NCBI RefSeq assembly: GCF_964355755.1
Contig: NC_092670.1
Coordinates: forward strand, 8,546,201-8,610,200
Direction of reading: 5' to 3'
Length of the DNA: 64,000 bases
DNA from: Antedon mediterranea
Lineage: Eukaryota; Animalia; Echinodermata
Below are positions 62,585 to 64,000 of this stretch, piece by piece; the stretch's first letter is position 1, and the number at the start of each line of letters is the position of its first letter. Below the pieces are notes generated by a model. The model was given only the letters and a program-made list of their open reading frames with translations, was not told where the DNA came from and did not search any database. Position numbers and translations under genes: made by a program.

Positions 62585-63660
62585 TCACTTGTCTAGCACA
62601 TATTCGTTAAAGTGACCGGGTAGGCAACAGCTGCGAGTTGATCGTCTGGGCTCTGATACTGACAATGTAATATCCACATCATGAATGTCAGTTGATGTGC
62701 GGACATCATGGGAGAAGTGGTTTCAGAGTCGGCAGTGGTACTGCAGACAATGGATCAACCTAGTATGAGTGATCGGCTGGGATTGGCAGCTTAATTAGTA
62801 TTTTAGTGAGTGTTGTCTCAGAAAGATGGTAATCATCAACGCTGTTCGAGTCCTCTTGGTAACACAGTTGACGCCGCTGCGATCGAGGAGATGGTGACAA
62901 AGCCTACCTTGTAGCATTCAGTATGGTTGACTTTGTACACTGTACTGACTGTACTGATAGTACTTTTGTTCTGTTTTATTGAATGATGCCGTACCTTGTT
63001 TTTGATTTTTGTATGTTACCTGGAAATTGAATAAAATAAAATAAAATAAAATAAAAAATAGACTAAAGTGCTATCAATTGACGTTACAAGATATGTAGTT
63101 GATGGGCCATGACTTGTTACAATCGGCTAAGACTTTAATATCAGAGCTTAATGAAAAATGATGCGTTGGAGCCTTTGACTTTTCGCTATGTGCATGATTG
63201 ATACAAAGTTTGACAGAATTAAGTGACTGTGTGACAGAGGAATTTAGTCGTTAGTAAATTGGTCGCGTTGCGTCCACATATTGCTAGACCACTGGAACGT
63301 AGTCTAGTGTTTAAGCAAGCCATGGTAATTGTAAGCATTCCGTTCTTTTGTAGGGCCAAGGAGTTCAACATTACGGAATACGGACAGCGTTCTCAGTGAT
63401 TGGGTTCTTATTTGGGTTTTTGGTCCAGGAGCAAGGTTGGCGCGGATTACAGTGTATGGGCCATAATAAGGCCTATAGAAAGGCCGATTAAACCTTAGTG
63501 TAGTAGACTTCCATGCAGTACATGACATTCGCTGTCAATAATGTACACAGCTGTACAGTACATGATGTTACACATTCTCACATCACTAGAATGATTTTAC
63601 ATACATTTGCCGCGAAGGTGGTACCAAACTGGGTTTCCAGTGGACTGCAGGATATCGGTA
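62585..63660 (-). pseudogene. Degenerate Gypsy-like integrase C-terminal remnant
   Basis: Minus-strand fragments RPFYRPYYGPYTVIR (GPY/F-like motif, about 63440-63490) and EPRRSTRSCCLPGHFNEYVLDK* (typical RRSxR..P..DYV tail, about 62585-62655), separated by stops and insertions. Confidence 0.45.
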
Positions 63661-64000
63661 TGTGAGTGCGAAGATGGCATCTCTATGAGAGGTGGAAGCT
63701 ATACCATATTTCTTGACGGCGCACAGTGGGCCAGTCAATTCAAAGTGTGCAAAAAGTCCAAAATGGTAAATGTGGCAATCCAAAATGTTTAATATTGTAT
63801 TAGGAAGAAGACTAAAATTATATATTGTTTAATAATAATTTTATATTTCGTAAATTTAATTGTGTAACCATGGAAAGTGGGAGAAACCATGAAATTTTAC
63901 TTAAAATGAGCAAAAACAATTTGATAAGTTCACTGTTATTTTTTTTAGAAAAAAGCAATGGTTTTGATACTGCATTACATTTTTATCTGTTACTAACCAT

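Overview
AT-rich animal genomic DNA with spliceosomal introns; the repeat repertoire and gene content suggest a marine invertebrate, possibly an echinoderm (inference). No prokaryotic operon or CRISPR structure is present. Three genes can be built by hand: (1) a 12-coding-exon minus-strand gene (18553->8977, 621 aa) whose C-terminus resembles CCDC60/DUF4698; (2) a single-coding-exon class A GPCR (29453-30607); (3) a DCDC2-like doublecortin-domain gene (33071-53934). The most striking gene-level signal is in DCDC2: its terminal exon is open in two frames (a basic Pro/Lys/Thr-rich tail and an acidic Glu/Asp/Thr-rich tail), and a 31-nt candidate cassette exon upstream would switch between them. 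The rest is a dense transposon landscape: an Academ-like foldback element with roughly 2-kb inverted arms and a nested CR1-like LINE, L2-group LINEs, Nin/Deu- and CORE-type SINEs, a Helentron/HINE, and Kolobok-, Tc1/pogo-, Harbinger- and MULE/Merlin-like MITEs, plus a 40-bp satellite. Two kinds of apparent excision scar stand out: 29-38-bp CA..TG hairpins with 7-bp target duplications (P-element-type footprints) and TA->TAGGCCTA / TA->TACTGTA micro-insertions. An unexplained inverted pair of exon-like PPVKPP repeats lies at 21.2-24.2 kb. All calls are by eye; no database search or computation was run.
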